DNA of 63,095 nt, counting the filler, from Octopus bimaculoides (taxonomy: Eukaryota), in assembly GCF_001194135.2 (NCBI RefSeq). It is 5 parts of 4 records of this genome, joined end to end, with 100 filler letters (N's around TTAATTAATTAA, not from the genome) between each part and the next. Parts side by side here need not be neighbours in the genome. Positions count along the whole stretch, not along the records: positions 1 to 19,922 come from NC_068985.1; 4 more parts are not named here. One strand, written 5' to 3'. A program made the translations under genes and the position numbers. A model generated the notes under the pieces. That model was not told the origin of the DNA. It ran no database searches and saw only the letters and a list, made by a program, of their open reading frames with translations. Shown piece after piece: positions 1 to 12,043 of this stretch. How positions within the stretch are numbered: the first letter of the stretch is position 1; each line of letters begins with the position of its first letter.

Positions 1-359
1 GAAAAAAAAACTGGAAAAAAAACTTTTTTAACAGGTGTGGGGGAAAAAATAAAGGCATGAGGAGAAAAAACGAAAAAGGGGTTGTGAGAAGAAAATATAT
101 GCGAGGTGGGAGAAAAAAACAAAGCAAAAAGGAAGATGGGACAATAGGGAGAAAAATGGGGTGACAGGGAGAGAAGAAACGAGAGGAGAAAAGAAAGGGA
201 GGGAGAAGAATACAAAGTAATAGGTGCAGATTAGAGAAGACAGATTAGGAACATCCAGAGTACGAAGAGACGGTAGGTGAAGGAAAGTAAGGTAAAAAAG
301 GATGATAAAGGAGGTTTACAAAAGTGGAAAAGTTCAAATATATACATATACGAAGGGAA

Positions 360-612
360 ACCATTAACCAATTGGGTTTTGAGGTTCTGAAACACCCTAC
401 CTACAGCCCCGATCTCGCCCCTTCCGACTATCATATCTTTGGACCACTCAGAGATGGTTTACGTGGTAGTCGATTTCCTACGGATGAAGTGAAGTAAGCG
501 GTACATAGATGGTCGCACGACCAAGCGAAAAACCTTCTTGGAGGGAATATGCAAGCTTGTGGACCGCTGGGCCAACTGCATCGAAAAGGAAGGAGACTGT
601 ATAGAAAAATGA
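360..612 (+). mobile_element. mariner (Tc1/mariner DD34D) transposase C-terminal remnant
   Basis: Manual translation TINQLGFEVLKHPTYSPDLAPSDYHIFGPLRDGLRGSRFPTDEVK*AVHRW...GICKLVDRWANCIEKEGDCIEK* contains the mariner YSPDLAPSD motif; one in-frame stop and a frameshift. Confidence 0.9.
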
Positions 613-729
613 CGTACTTGTTTATCGCCTGTTTTTGTGCAAATACATTGAAAAACAAGAGTGCTGATATATACATATATCCATCCACCAAATTCAATCA
701 CAAATTATTAATCGGCTTAGGGATGTGAT

Positions 730-815
730 GAGAAGATACGTGTCCAAGCTGCTACACAGTGGGACTGAACCCCAGTCTATATACTTGCGAAGCGAACTTC
801 CGAACTACACCAACG
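730..815 (-). mobile_element. tRNA-derived SINE family A, degraded head fragment
   Basis: CAGTGGGACTGAACCC is the reverse complement of the B-box region GGGTTCAGTCCCACTG seen in the other family A copies. Confidence 0.6.
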
Positions 816-1447
816 CATGCATGCATACATACATATATACATACATACACATACACATACACATGTATGTATCTATGTTATACATACATACACATGTATG
901 TATGTATGTATGTATGTATGTATGTATAAGGGGAAACGAGTCATTTGCGATGTCAAGATTTGCGTTGTTAAGACCAAATGACCAGAGGCGTAATGTGAAG
1001 AGTTACGCCGGTAGAATTGTCGAGAAATTTTTTGAAATATACAAATTTGAACGGTCCTCTAGTCTATACGTCTGTTGCAGATGGCGCCATCTTGAATATA
1101 TGTATGAATGTATGTACTCAGCAGTATATATTTGCGATTTATGTGTATAACATATAAATGTATATCTATGTATGAGGAAAATTTCTGGCACACACACACA
1201 CCACCACCACAACCACCACCACCACCATATGCACACTCCCACATACACATATATGAATTTTACATTCATACACATGCGTGTATTTATGTATGTATATGTG
1301 TATGTTTATATGTATGTACGTATGTATGTTTGTATGTATGTATGTATGTATGTATGTTTGTGTGTGTGTGTGTGTGTGAATTTATATATGTATCTGACCG
1401 CAGCCACTTGGCTGAAACACATAAATAAATAAATAAATAAATAAATA

Positions 1448-1481
<34 letters not shown>

Positions 1482-1483
<2 letters not shown>

Positions 1484-1637
1484 GGTGTGGCTGTGTGGTA
1501 AGTAGCTTGCTTACGAACCGCATGGTTCCAGATTCAGTCCCACTGCATGGCACCCTGGGGAAGTGTCTTCTACTATAGCCTCGGGCTGACCAGAGCCTTG
1601 TGAATGGATTTGGTAGACGGAAACTGAAAGAAGCCCG
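1482..1637 (+). mobile_element. tRNA-derived SINE family A (resembles octopus OR-type SINEs), 5' half
   Basis: A box TGGCTGTGTGG, B box-like GATTCAGTCCC, then CACCCTGGGGAAGTGTCTTCTACTATAGCC...GGTAGACGGAAACTGAAAGAAGCCCG, which recurs many times in the window. Confidence 0.85.
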
Positions 1638-2135
1638 AACTGAAAGAAATATATATATATATATATTTATTTATTTATTTATTTATGCTCACACGTATTT
1701 GTACATTTTTTATAAAAACGTGTGTATATATATACTATATATACACATAAGCATAAATATGTATGTATATACCTATTTCTCTATACACATATATACATCT
1801 ATTTATATACACACACAAATATGTATATATATACATAAATATGTATGCATATTGATATGCACGTATAGAATTATACAATGTATATATAAATATCTACGCA
1901 CATTTACAATATATATACATACTTAGTTATAGGTATGTAAATATGTATCCATATAAACATACATACATACAAGCATACATACATGCATATATGTATGCGT
2001 ACATACAAACATACATACATAAATATATTCATACACACACACATACATTCATACATACATACATACATACATACATACATAATACATACATACATACATA
2101 CATACATACATACATACACACACGCGTACATACAT

Positions 2136-2203
2136 GATGGCCATCCACTCGTGACCGAGGAAGACCATTACCGACCTTCAGGAACATTGTGCGCTCTAGG
2201 ACT
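2136..2203 (-). mobile_element. short 3' terminal fragment of an RTE-type retroelement with (TATG)n tail
   Basis: Minus strand TGGTCTTCCTCGGTCACGAGTGGATGGCCATC-ATGTATG resembles the 3' end of the RTE at 52449-52482. Confidence 0.5.
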
Positions 2204-2425
2204 ATACATACATACATACATACATAAATACATACATAATACACACACACACGCATACATACAAACAAATATACATACATGCACACATGTATGGGTACAT
2301 ACATACATACATAAATATATTCATACACACATACATACATTCATACATACATACACATACATACTTAGATACATAGATACATACATACATACATACATGC
2401 ATGCATACATACATACATACATACA

Positions 2426-2456
<31 letters not shown>

Positions 2457-2775
2457 GTGCATATGTGTATTAAGATCAATGAGTAAGAAAGGAAAGATAA
2501 GAACGAATATGTGAATGGATGAGAGTGAGAAATAGAGAGTGAGTTTGTGAAAGTTATCGAAGTTTATTTGCACATGTCCTAGTTAAATTGCTGAGTTTAA
2601 CGGTTCATTGACTTTGTTCCTTTGAGGATGGGGCAGCGATCGGGTGGTGGGTAGCTTTTAAGTTCAATCTAATTTAGGGCGATTCCGGCTTGTACTTTAA
2701 GCTGGCGACGTTCATTTACATACTGTGATATACATAGAAGCATATATCCCAATGCATATATAAACACTCCCTTGC

Positions 2776-2809
<34 letters not shown>

Positions 2810-3599
2810 NNNNNNNNNNNNNNNNNNNNNNNNNNNNNNNNNNNNNNNNNNNNNNNNNNNNNNNNNNNNNNNNNNNNNNNNNNNNNNNNNNNNNNNNNNN
2901 NNNNNNNNNNNNNNNNNNNNNNNNNNNNNNNNNNNNNNNNNNNNNNNNNNNNNNNNNNNNNNNNNNNNNNNNNNNNNNNNNNNNNNNNNNNNNNNNNNNN
3001 NNNNNNNNNNNNNNNNNNNNNNNNNNNNNNNNNNNNNNNNNNNNNNNNNNNNNNNNNNNNNNNNNNNNNNNNNNNNNNNNNNNNNNNNNNNNNNNNNNNN
3101 NNNNNNNNNNNNNNNNNNNNNNNNNNNNNNNNNNNNNNNNNNNNNNNNNNNNNNNNNNNNNNNNNNNNNNNNNNNNNNNNNNNNNNNNNNNNNNNNNNNN
3201 NNNNNNNNNNNNNNNNNNNNNNNNNNNNNNNNNNNNNNNNNNNNNNNNNNNNNNNNNNNNNNNNNNNNNNNNNNNNNNNNNNNNNNNNNNNNNNNNNNNN
3301 NNNNNNNNNNNNNNNNNNNNNNNNNNNNNNNNNNNNNNNNNNNNNNNNNNNNNNNNNNNNNNNNNNNNNNNNNNNNNNNNNNNNNNNNNNNNNNNNNNNN
3401 NNNNNNNNNNNNNNNNNNNNNNNNNNNNNNNNNNNNNNNNNNNNNNNNNNNNNNNNNNNNNNNNNNNNNNNNNNNNNNNNNNNNNNNNNNNNNNNNNNNN
3501 NNNNNNNTTGCGAATTTCCGTTGCTCTCATTTATCGTTTGAAATTAGTGAACTCTCAGAATGAATTTCAACCTAAAAAAAAAAAACAACAACAAAAGAA

Positions 3600-3880
3600 A
3601 GCAGGTATCGAATCCGGAGAGTAGGGTGTCAAAAGAACGAGATTATCCTTATGCTTTGCCAAAGTGTCATGCAGAACGTGCAACAGGTGAAACGCTGGGT
3701 TGTTTTGGTGCACCACTCAAGTCCTGTCAAAATGCATCTCCATGTCAAAAGTCAGTTTCCTGTCAAAAGACCCTTTCTTTTGCCCTGCCTCTCTCAGACC
3801 TCGCAGGACATCCAAGTGAGATTCTTTATTGTTCATCTAATCGCTTGGAACAGATTCATGCTAAACCATATCCTTCCAAT
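3600..3880 (-). mobile_element. mariner transposase remnant (catalytic region)
   Basis: Minus strand reads FHWKDMV*HESVPSD*MNNKESHLDVLRGLREAG...VVHQNNPAFHLLHVLHDTLAKHKD...PYSPDSIP, matching mariner FFDxKGxVHHEFVP, HHDNAPAH and PYSPDL motifs, with stops. Confidence 0.75.
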
Positions 3881-4204
3881 GAAAGGGAAAAAAAATGAAA
3901 AGAAAAACATTGAACAACATCATTATCACAGTTGAGTAACTTTGGTGTACTTCATGTATGTATGTATGCATGTATGTATGTATGTATGTACGTATGTATG
4001 TATGTATGTACTTATGTATGTATGTATATGTGCTTGTTTCGATATATATATGCAAGCAATGTATGTATGTATGCATGCATGTATGTATGTATGCATGCAG
4101 GCATGTATGTATGTATGTATGTATGTATGCATTTATGTATTTATTTATGTATGTATATATGCATGCATGTATATATGAATTTATGTATGCATGCACTACA
4201 TGAC

Positions 4205-4385
4205 GGTTAGTGTTGGCTAAGTTTACGCCCACGTGACTTAGCGGTTTGGCAAAAGAAACCTATAGAATAAGTAATAGACTCCCAAATAAGTACTGGGGCC
4301 AATTCGTTCCGGTAAACACTTCAAAATGTTGCTCCTTCATGGCCACAGTCGAATGGCTGAAACAAGTAAGAGGTAAAAGATAAAA
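4205..4385 (+). mobile_element. SINE family A 3' half
   Basis: GACTTAGCGGTTTGGCAAAAGAAACCTATAGAATAAGTA...CATGGCCACAGTCGAATGGCTGAAACAAGTAAGAG matches the tail of other copies. Confidence 0.75.
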
Positions 4386-5225
4386 TATCTCTTAAGTTTT
4401 GTACGATAATTGTGTTGATAGCTTGTTGAAAATGGATGATTCATAACTCACTATATTACATAAACTAAGGATGCACTGTAATAAGAAAACATTCATAATC
4501 AACCTGTCTACACTTATTAAAACTGAGTGATGAGATATACAGTATGTACCCAGAGAGAGGCACATTGTATGTTTGAATAATCATCTTTAATAAATGTGAA
4601 CTTTTCGCCCTCCTACCGCCACAGTAGTGATCCTTCTGCGTAGAGTTATCGTTACGTAGTTGTTCGAAATGCCAAAATATGAACCAGATCTCTCTCAAAC
4701 GTATCCAACAAGAGATATTGCTGTTAATATTTATCTGCAATAAATTGGTCATACTTCTACAATGCACAAAAATGTTTTAACATATTTTTTTTCTTTTAAA
4801 TACAATTCCTAATAATATTTAATTATAAAGATAAATAGGATTTTTCAAACATCGAATGGCTACGCGAATCGATCCAAGGAAAATAGGAATTAAAGGGGTC
4901 CTTAGGTATACGCGATTGAGAAACACTGCTTCAGACGATGTGCTTTGAGGTATGCAATAAGATAGAATTCTTATAGCTGGAACTTTTGTCCATAGGGATA
5001 TTTAATTAGGACCGACTTAACAACAACAATGATAACAACAACAGCAATGACAACAATGACAATTAGAGTAGCAAGAAAAGAGACATTTACTCTCACTCTT
5101 TCATTGCTTCTAGTCTGTGTGCAGAGACCAGTCACATTTTCTCTTCCAATACATCTAGTTTTGTAAATTAATATATATATATATATACATATATCAAAAT
5201 AAGCAACAAGGATATCCAAAGTTAA

Positions 5226-5313
5226 TGCAGTACGATCGTTTCATGCGACTCCATTTATTTAAGCAATGTGAACATTACATTAAATGTAAAATGCAGAGCA
5301 ATCCTCAGTTGCA
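5226..5313 (-). ncRNA. inverted twin of the hammerhead motif (one stem I mismatch)
   Basis: Mirror copy in the left palindrome arm; stem I 5' strand is TGCAA instead of TGCAG, so the core-proximal pair is A-C. Confidence 0.65.
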
Positions 5314-5469
5314 CAAAGATATAGAAATTTACTGAAATTTCATTTCAACAGAAGGGCTTATTTTTATAACTACTTTTAAACTCTCCAAGTGGAAAGGAAG
5401 AGTTTAAATGTAGTTACAACAATATGCCGTTCTGTTGAAATGAAATTTCTGTAAATTTCTATATCTTTG

Positions 5470-5557
5470 TGCAGCTGAGGATTGCTCTGCATTTTACATT
5501 TAATGTAATGTTCACATTGCTTAAACAAATGGAGTCGCATGAAACGATCGTACTGCA
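5470..5557 (+). ncRNA. type I hammerhead ribozyme motif (long stem II)
   Basis: TGCAG-CTGAGGA-(T)TGC...GCA(T)-GAAAC-GATC-GTA^CTGCA. Stem I is TGCAG/CTGCA, the core CUGAGGA and GAAA is intact, and stem III ACGATCGT is palindromic. Predicted cut after 5552. Confidence 0.8.
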
Positions 5558-6160
5558 TTAACTTTGGATATCCTTGTTGCTTATTTTGATTTTAATCACC
5601 TTATTTTGGAATTGTATGGATAATACCATAGTTAATTCTGGTGCCTAAACTTAAGTACCATATTCACCTTGAATCTAAATTATATATATATATATATATA
5701 TATGACAACAACTGCGGCCTGCCACACACGCACACATGCAATATACACGCACCTTAGCGTACACATATATGCACACGTAGAAAAAAAGAGAAAAAAGAAT
5801 ACTCACATATATACAATTCCAATTTAATTTACCCTGACAAGATCTCACTAAATTCTTAACTCATCTAGCTGAAAGATGAGCTCCAGTTGACGGATGCTAA
5901 ACAGGAATTCATCACATCTAAAGAAAATTTTATTCATGAAGATATTTTTCTTATTACTATTTCTGTTCATATGCAGCTTTATGAGTTTAGTAGTTAGCTT
6001 GAAGCATTGTAAATAGAATTTGATGGAAAAATTCTTACAATGCTTATCATTCGTTGATACTATTACTATAGCAACGAAAGATAAGCCATTGATATTTCTT
6101 TATCTGGTTTCTTTTGTCAATGGATATTTTACCTGAAATATAAGGAATTATGAAATTATA

Positions 6161-7034
6161 CGGGCTTGATCAATAACTATCCGGACTATTGCCATAATAA
6201 CGAAGCTAAAGCACGCAGTGTATAGTCGTTTGGCACAGATTGATTTTGAACTTTGTGCAGGCGCACTAAATTTTAACGTTCTAGCTCACTTCCGCTGTTT
6301 ACAGTAGTGCTTGGAAGGAAGATGTGTAGCCTGTTATCGTCGCATTAACCATAACAGAGAAAGTTGAGCAGAGAATCTGCATCGAATTTTGCCAAAAGCT
6401 TGGCAATACCTGCTCAGAGGCCTATGCAAAGTTTTCAAACAGTTTTCACAATCAAGGAGATTTTGTACAACTGAAACCTGAGTATCTTTTTGGTCAGCTG
6501 AAAGCAGTTTTGGCTCAAACTTAGCAGACACGCGTCTCATACCCAAATCGTCAGTGATAATGGACTGAACCGTAACTAATCTGCACATCTTCTGATAACT
6601 CACGGATGGTGATTCAATGATTTCCTCTCACAGCTGCACACACATCTGCGATGTTTTTTTAAAATTCTGCTGGTTGCGGGTTTCCTGGAACGTTTGTCAA
6701 TATCGAGATTTTTTCGGTCATCTTGAAACGTCTGTACCACTCGTACAGTTGTGTGCGGCTCATACATTCCTCTCCATACACTCTCTACAACTTTGCGTAG
6801 GCCTCTGAGCAGGTATCGCCGTGACACCTTTCTCTCTCACGGTCAATGCGACAATCACACGCTACACACCTTCCTTCCAAGCACTGCTGTAAACAGCGGA
6901 AGTGAGCTATAACGTTAAAACTGAGTGCGCATGCACAGCAGAGTTCATGGTTAGCCTGTGCCAAGCGGCTTTACTCTGCATGCTTTCACTTCATTACTAT
7001 GGCAACAGTCCGGATACTTATTGATCAGACCTCG
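6161..7034 (-). mobile_element. non-autonomous mariner derivative with long inverted ends
   Basis: Ends TA-CGGGCTTGATCAATAACTATCCGGAC and GTCCGGATACTTATTGATCAGACCTCG-TG. Minus-strand transposase N-terminus: SEAYAKL*RVYGEECMSRTQLYEWYRRF...KRSRKPATSR...DDLGMRRVSAKFEPKLLSADQKDTQVSVVQNLLDC. Confidence 0.9.
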
Positions 7035-7270
7035 TGCATATTTTCGCATTGTTAGAAGCTTTCCATACAAACTCTCTTTACAAACAGTTATACTGGTATT
7101 GACCTCTCACTTACCAGTAATCTATTACTTTCCTGGTTGCTATTGTTGTTGTTCCAAGTTTGCTCTGACCAAATAGAGGTCGTTGAAAGGTATTCCTGCG
7201 ATGATGACCATCCAGTTTTTTTTATCCAATCTCTTCTTATAGACACTAACTCCTTGTTGTTTTGTCGTTG

Positions 7271-7445
7271 CATCATCATCATCATCATCATCATCATAGA
7301 TATCGTCGTCATCGTCACTGATATCATCGTGAGGTGGTCGTCGTCATCATCGTCGTCGTCATCGTCGTCGTCGTCGTCGTCGTCCTCCTCCTCCTCCTCC
7401 TCCTCCTCCTCATCATCATCATCATCTTCAACATCAGCATCATCT
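7271..7445. repeat. compound trinucleotide microsatellite (ATC/GTC/CTC)
   Basis: Visible directly; source of the poly-S/M/R/T ORFs. Confidence 0.9.
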
Positions 7446-7916
7446 TTATCATAATCATTATTATTGTTGTTGCTTTTATGTAGTACACAGAATATGAATT
7501 AGGAATGATTATAATCCTCACGCAATATGGTGCCATTTTTAGTCACATGAGTTGTGTGGATGTAATGTTCACAACACTAATCTGCAGCGCCGCTAGAGTT
7601 GGTAATTGTCTAGCCATGCAACTACCCCTTACCTTAAACCTAACAATACTGTAACACTAGTTATACACTACACAAACAATACCATAAAAATACAAAGAAG
7701 AAAATACAATGAATATAATGCATCTAGATATACAATTAATATTGCTAGTGTGATATACTACTATCAGCTTAAATATGAACATTTTAAACTTCGAAAACAG
7801 GTCGCACTGTCACCGCAGTGGCTAATGACCGTAGGCTAAATATGCATCTACTGCAAACTAATATTGCAATGATGCAGTATTTTAAAAGATATACAGTAAT
7901 ATTATAAATATACTAT

Positions 7917-8100
7917 TAATACGGCCATATCACGTTGAAAGCACTGGTTCTCGTCCGATCACCGAAGTTAAGCAATATCGAGCCTAGTTAGTACTTAGAT
8001 GGGTGACCGCTTGGGAAACCTAGGTGCTGTAAGCATTCTTAAATTTAACGGCGGTGCATCAGCATGGCCGCAGCTCTGAGCTGAAACTAGGAAAAAAAAA
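7917..8100 (+). mobile_element. 5S rRNA-derived SINE (SINE3-like) with LINE-derived 3' tail
   Basis: 7921-8036 is a nearly full-length 5S rRNA sequence (ACGGCCATATCACGTTGAAAGCACTGGTTCTCGTCCGATCACCGAAGTTAAGC...GATGGGTGACCGCTTGGGAAACCTAGGTGCTGTAAGCAT). No T4 terminator follows. It continues into GGCGGTGCATCAGCATGGCCGCAGCTCTGAGCTGAAACTAG plus an A-run. Confidence 0.8.
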
Positions 8101-8296
8101 GGAAAATTCGTCAAAATTGCTATATATTTAATTATCTGCTAAAGCTATCGAATAAAATCCAAGTGAGTTTTGTAGATTTAGTTGCTCTGAGGAATTGAAT
8201 AATCTTAAGTTTCAGTATAAGGTCACCCAACGGTGAATAGACAGCAATCAAAAATGTTATACACTTCTCTTCTCACAGCCACCGAACTTATTGGTT

Positions 8297-8507
8297 GCAA
8301 ATTTGTGCACAAGGTCAGCAATTTCGAGAAGGGTCCTAGTCGATTACATCGACCCCCAGTACTCAGTTGGTACTTATTTTATTGACCCCGAAAGAAAGAA
8401 AGACAGAGTCGACCTCGGCGCCATTTGAACACAGATCGTAAAGACGGATGACATGCCGCCAAGCATTTTACCCGGCGTGTTAACGACCCTGCCAGCTCGC
8501 TGCCTTA
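8297..8507 (-). mobile_element. tRNA-derived SINE family B
   Basis: Minus strand GGCAGCGAGCTGGCAGGGTCGTTAACACGCCGGG...GAGGTCGACT...GGGGTCAATAAAATAAGTACCAACTG; same family as 23945, 52520 and 57474. Confidence 0.8.
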
Positions 8508-9373
8508 CAGCAACTAAACTTTTACTACCATTGTATTTGGAGTAGACTTCTCACTAGTTTCCTCGGATACTAGATCTGAACCTAACTATAGCATACTTTG
8601 GCCAGAAAAAGTTTTGTCTATTTCATATTTCTCATCATGAAGCCAGAAAGAAGCTTAGAGTCACCGGGTAACTCACAAACAATAAATTGCATTCTTATAA
8701 ACCAACTGTTCCATTTTCGACGTTAATTCACCAAAAGATTGTCACATTTTCAACTTGATCTAACCACTACATCATACCATTATTATTACCTAATCTTCAT
8801 CTCCACTATGTTTCTACGAGGATAGATGAACGCGACCACTAATGTTGTTCAATGAAAGGACTTAGTAGATAGATATAAAAGGGAAGAAACGTACTGTTAG
8901 AACAAAAGAGAATGAATAGTTTTATATGGAGTAGAGATAGGATAGCGAGTTGATGTAATAACAACAGACGACGCCAAGTGTGTATACAACACTGTTGGGT
9001 TAAAGACTCTTGAATGATGATGAAGGTTTTTCCAATTAACGCAAGGCTGCCAAATACGTAAATAGCTGTTTTTCATGATCAAAGTAATGTTTTTAGTCTA
9101 TCTAAGACAAAAGAGGTAAGAAAAAGAAAAACAAAAACAAAAAGAAAAACAAATACACACACCAACACTGAAAATTGGGCAGCGAACCAGATACTTAAAT
9201 TATTTTATTTTGCTTAAATAGTCAATATTATTGAAAAATAAGACTTCATAGAGGTTTCTTTTTATGGTCACCTACGTTAGAAGATATTTTACAGTGTTTA
9301 ACAATTTATTACAGTGTATCTTCATTCAATATGTTCAACTTGCATTTTTCCTACATTATACCTATTGCTGTGT

Positions 9374-9745
9374 GGAGACGCAATGACCCAGTGGTTAGGG
9401 CAGCGGACTCACGGTCATAGGATCGTGGTTTCGATTCCCAGATCGGGCGTTGTGAGTGTTTATTGAGCAAAAACACCTAAAGCTCCACGAGGCTCCGACA
9501 GGGGTCGGTGGTGAACCCTGCTGTACTCTTTCACCACAACTTTCTCTCACTATTTCTTCCTGTTTCTGTTGTGCCTGTAATTCAAAGGGTCAGCCTTGTC
9601 ACACTGTGTCACGTTGAGTATCCCCGAGAACTACGTTAAGGGTACACGTGTCTGTGGAGTGCTCAGCCACTTGCACGTTAATTTCACGAGCAGGCTGTTC
9701 CGTTGATCGGATCAACTGGGACCCTCGACGTCGTAAGCGACAACA
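9374..9745 (+). mobile_element. tRNA-derived SINE family C, near full length
   Basis: A box TGACCCAGTGG, B box GGTTTCGATTCC, body ...GTGCTCAGCCACTTGCACGTTAATTTCACGAGCAGGCTGTTCCG..., tail CTCGACGTCGTAAGCGAC; close copy at 41108-41400. Confidence 0.85.
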
Positions 9746-10149
9746 AAAACCTATTGCTGTGTTGCAGTGTTTGTTTCAACTCTTTCTTTGCCTTTTGAGT
9801 TCAAATCCTGTGGTACCCTATATGGGTACGAGATGTAATTCCATTACCCTGTGTAAAAATCGTCACCAGACAATTAGAGGGACTTTAGCGGCTTCCACTG
9901 CGTTGCAAATACTCTTGTGAGATCAGTTTGAGAGCAGTGACCTCCTTCCCACCAGTCTCGGAAACGTTGCAGAGAATCATGGGTATTGCTTTCTCTCCTA
10001 AGTAAAAAAAAAAAAAAAAAAAAGATTCTAATGTATTGTCATTGAAATCACATTCAATGAAAATTTATTGAAATCGTTCTTACTTTCCATCTAGCACCCT
10101 TTCAATACCTGTCTTACGTTTATTATAATACATACATACGTGTGTGTGA

Positions 10150-10203
<54 letters not shown>

Positions 10204-10464
10204 ACGTACGTACGTATGTATGTATGTATGTATGTATGTATGTATGCATGTAGCGGTTGTTGTTTCAAAGCTATTTGCTTTTGTATTTATTTTGAAGTAC
10301 CTTGAGACAAGTCGGAGTAACTTTAATAACGGTCTTGCGATAGGATAGAAATTCTTTCCGGTTGTATGGAATCGGTCCGAGATATTCAGAAATATAATGC
10401 ATTCAATTACAGGCAAGACACGCTGTATAGAGAAAGAAATATGGACACGCGTGCGCGTGCACAC

Positions 10465-10510
<46 letters not shown>

Positions 10511-11145
10511 GAGCGTGCGTGCGCGCACACCTATACACAGTCAGACAGAACTATACACGCGTAGATTCAAATAAATACAGATGTAAGAATTTGCTCTAAG
10601 ACAACGCATATTAAGGCATCAAGCTGAAACATACATGTATATTGTGTGTGTATATGTATATATAGATATATATATATATATATATATAGATATATATATA
10701 TATATATATATATGCGGAGACTACTACAAATATAGGTATACATACAGAGCAATGCACATAAATTCAAATATACAACTAATAATTTACTCAAGAGCAAGAT
10801 TCGTTAAACCTTCAACCAAAAGATGCACGCGCGTGCGTAATATATATTTATATACATATGAATATATACACTTTATATATATATATATATGTATGTATAT
10901 GCATATGCATACGATATATATATGAATGTATGTATAGTTAACACACATCCGCTTTCAATTCCATAACATATCCAAGTGTGTACACGCATAGAATGAAATA
11001 TATATATACATACATAATAATTTTCTCGAAAGCAGGATTTCTCAAGGTTTCAACCAAAAGAAACATATGTGCATATAATAAGCACACACCCTATTTCTCG
11101 CTCATAACTTATGCATACACACATGCATAAATACACACATACAGA

Positions 11146-11215
<70 letters not shown>

Positions 11216-11972
11216 AGCACACACACCTACGTTGAAGTATACAGTAAATAATTTATTCCATTCGTGATGAAATCTAAGCTCACTCTTCAAAGTTCCCCTG
11301 TATTTAATTGTCGTTGAATTTGCAAAGATTTCATAAACTAAACAAATATTGAGCTAACATTTCTATTTCACTGACCACAAGAGAATTGGGAAATAAGAAA
11401 TATATGTTTCTGCTGTCTTTCAGGCATTGGTTTGTAATACGATGAATCTATCAGAGTTTTGAATGTAATATTATATTACCGTCTTTACCACTCTTAGCAA
11501 ATGCTACATGTTCAGCGGCTAATATCACCTAAAAATTAAAAACATAAAATAATATATATATATATACGCAAACAAAAATTCTACGAAACTACGACAACCC
11601 CAGTCGGTCGAATGTAATCAGTTATTAAAAATATATAATTGGATTTATATTCTATTTCCCTTCAGTGGTGGGTAAAGCAGAACTGAACGGCAAATGTATG
11701 TTTACATTTTCTAAATAAACATGGTGGTTTTTGTGACGATATACAAAGGCAATGTGATAAAAAGTCAGAGCCTAGAGGGAATCGAATCCATATCTCTTTT
11801 GTTGACGCCTCGATGTAATTACCACAATATTCTTTGTATGTATGTATGTATGTATGTATGTATGTATGTATGTATGTATGTTTGTATGTATGCATATTAT
11901 ATAAGTATATATATGAACGTTTATCTACCTAACTACCTGCCTGCCTGCCTGCCTGTCTGCCTGCCCACCTGC

Positions 11973-12043
<71 letters not shown>

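Larger units (their letters stand above)
5193..5590. repeat. 398-bp near-perfect palindrome (inverted duplication)
   Basis: 5193-5352 is the reverse complement of 5431-5590 with 3 mismatches in 160 bp; the inner arms are more diverged and surround a loop of about 14 nt near 5392. Confidence 0.97.

Noticed and set aside
7088-7270. Minus-strand CTG/GTAAGT donor with short open frames; also a possible 30-nt micro-exon at 11663-11692
   Set aside because: No convincing acceptor or recognisable peptide; such sites are expected by chance in 63 kb.
7921-8036. Functional 5S rRNA gene
   Set aside because: The 5' end is altered, there is no T-run terminator, it is isolated rather than arrayed, and it is fused to a LINE-like tail; treated as a SINE or pseudogene.
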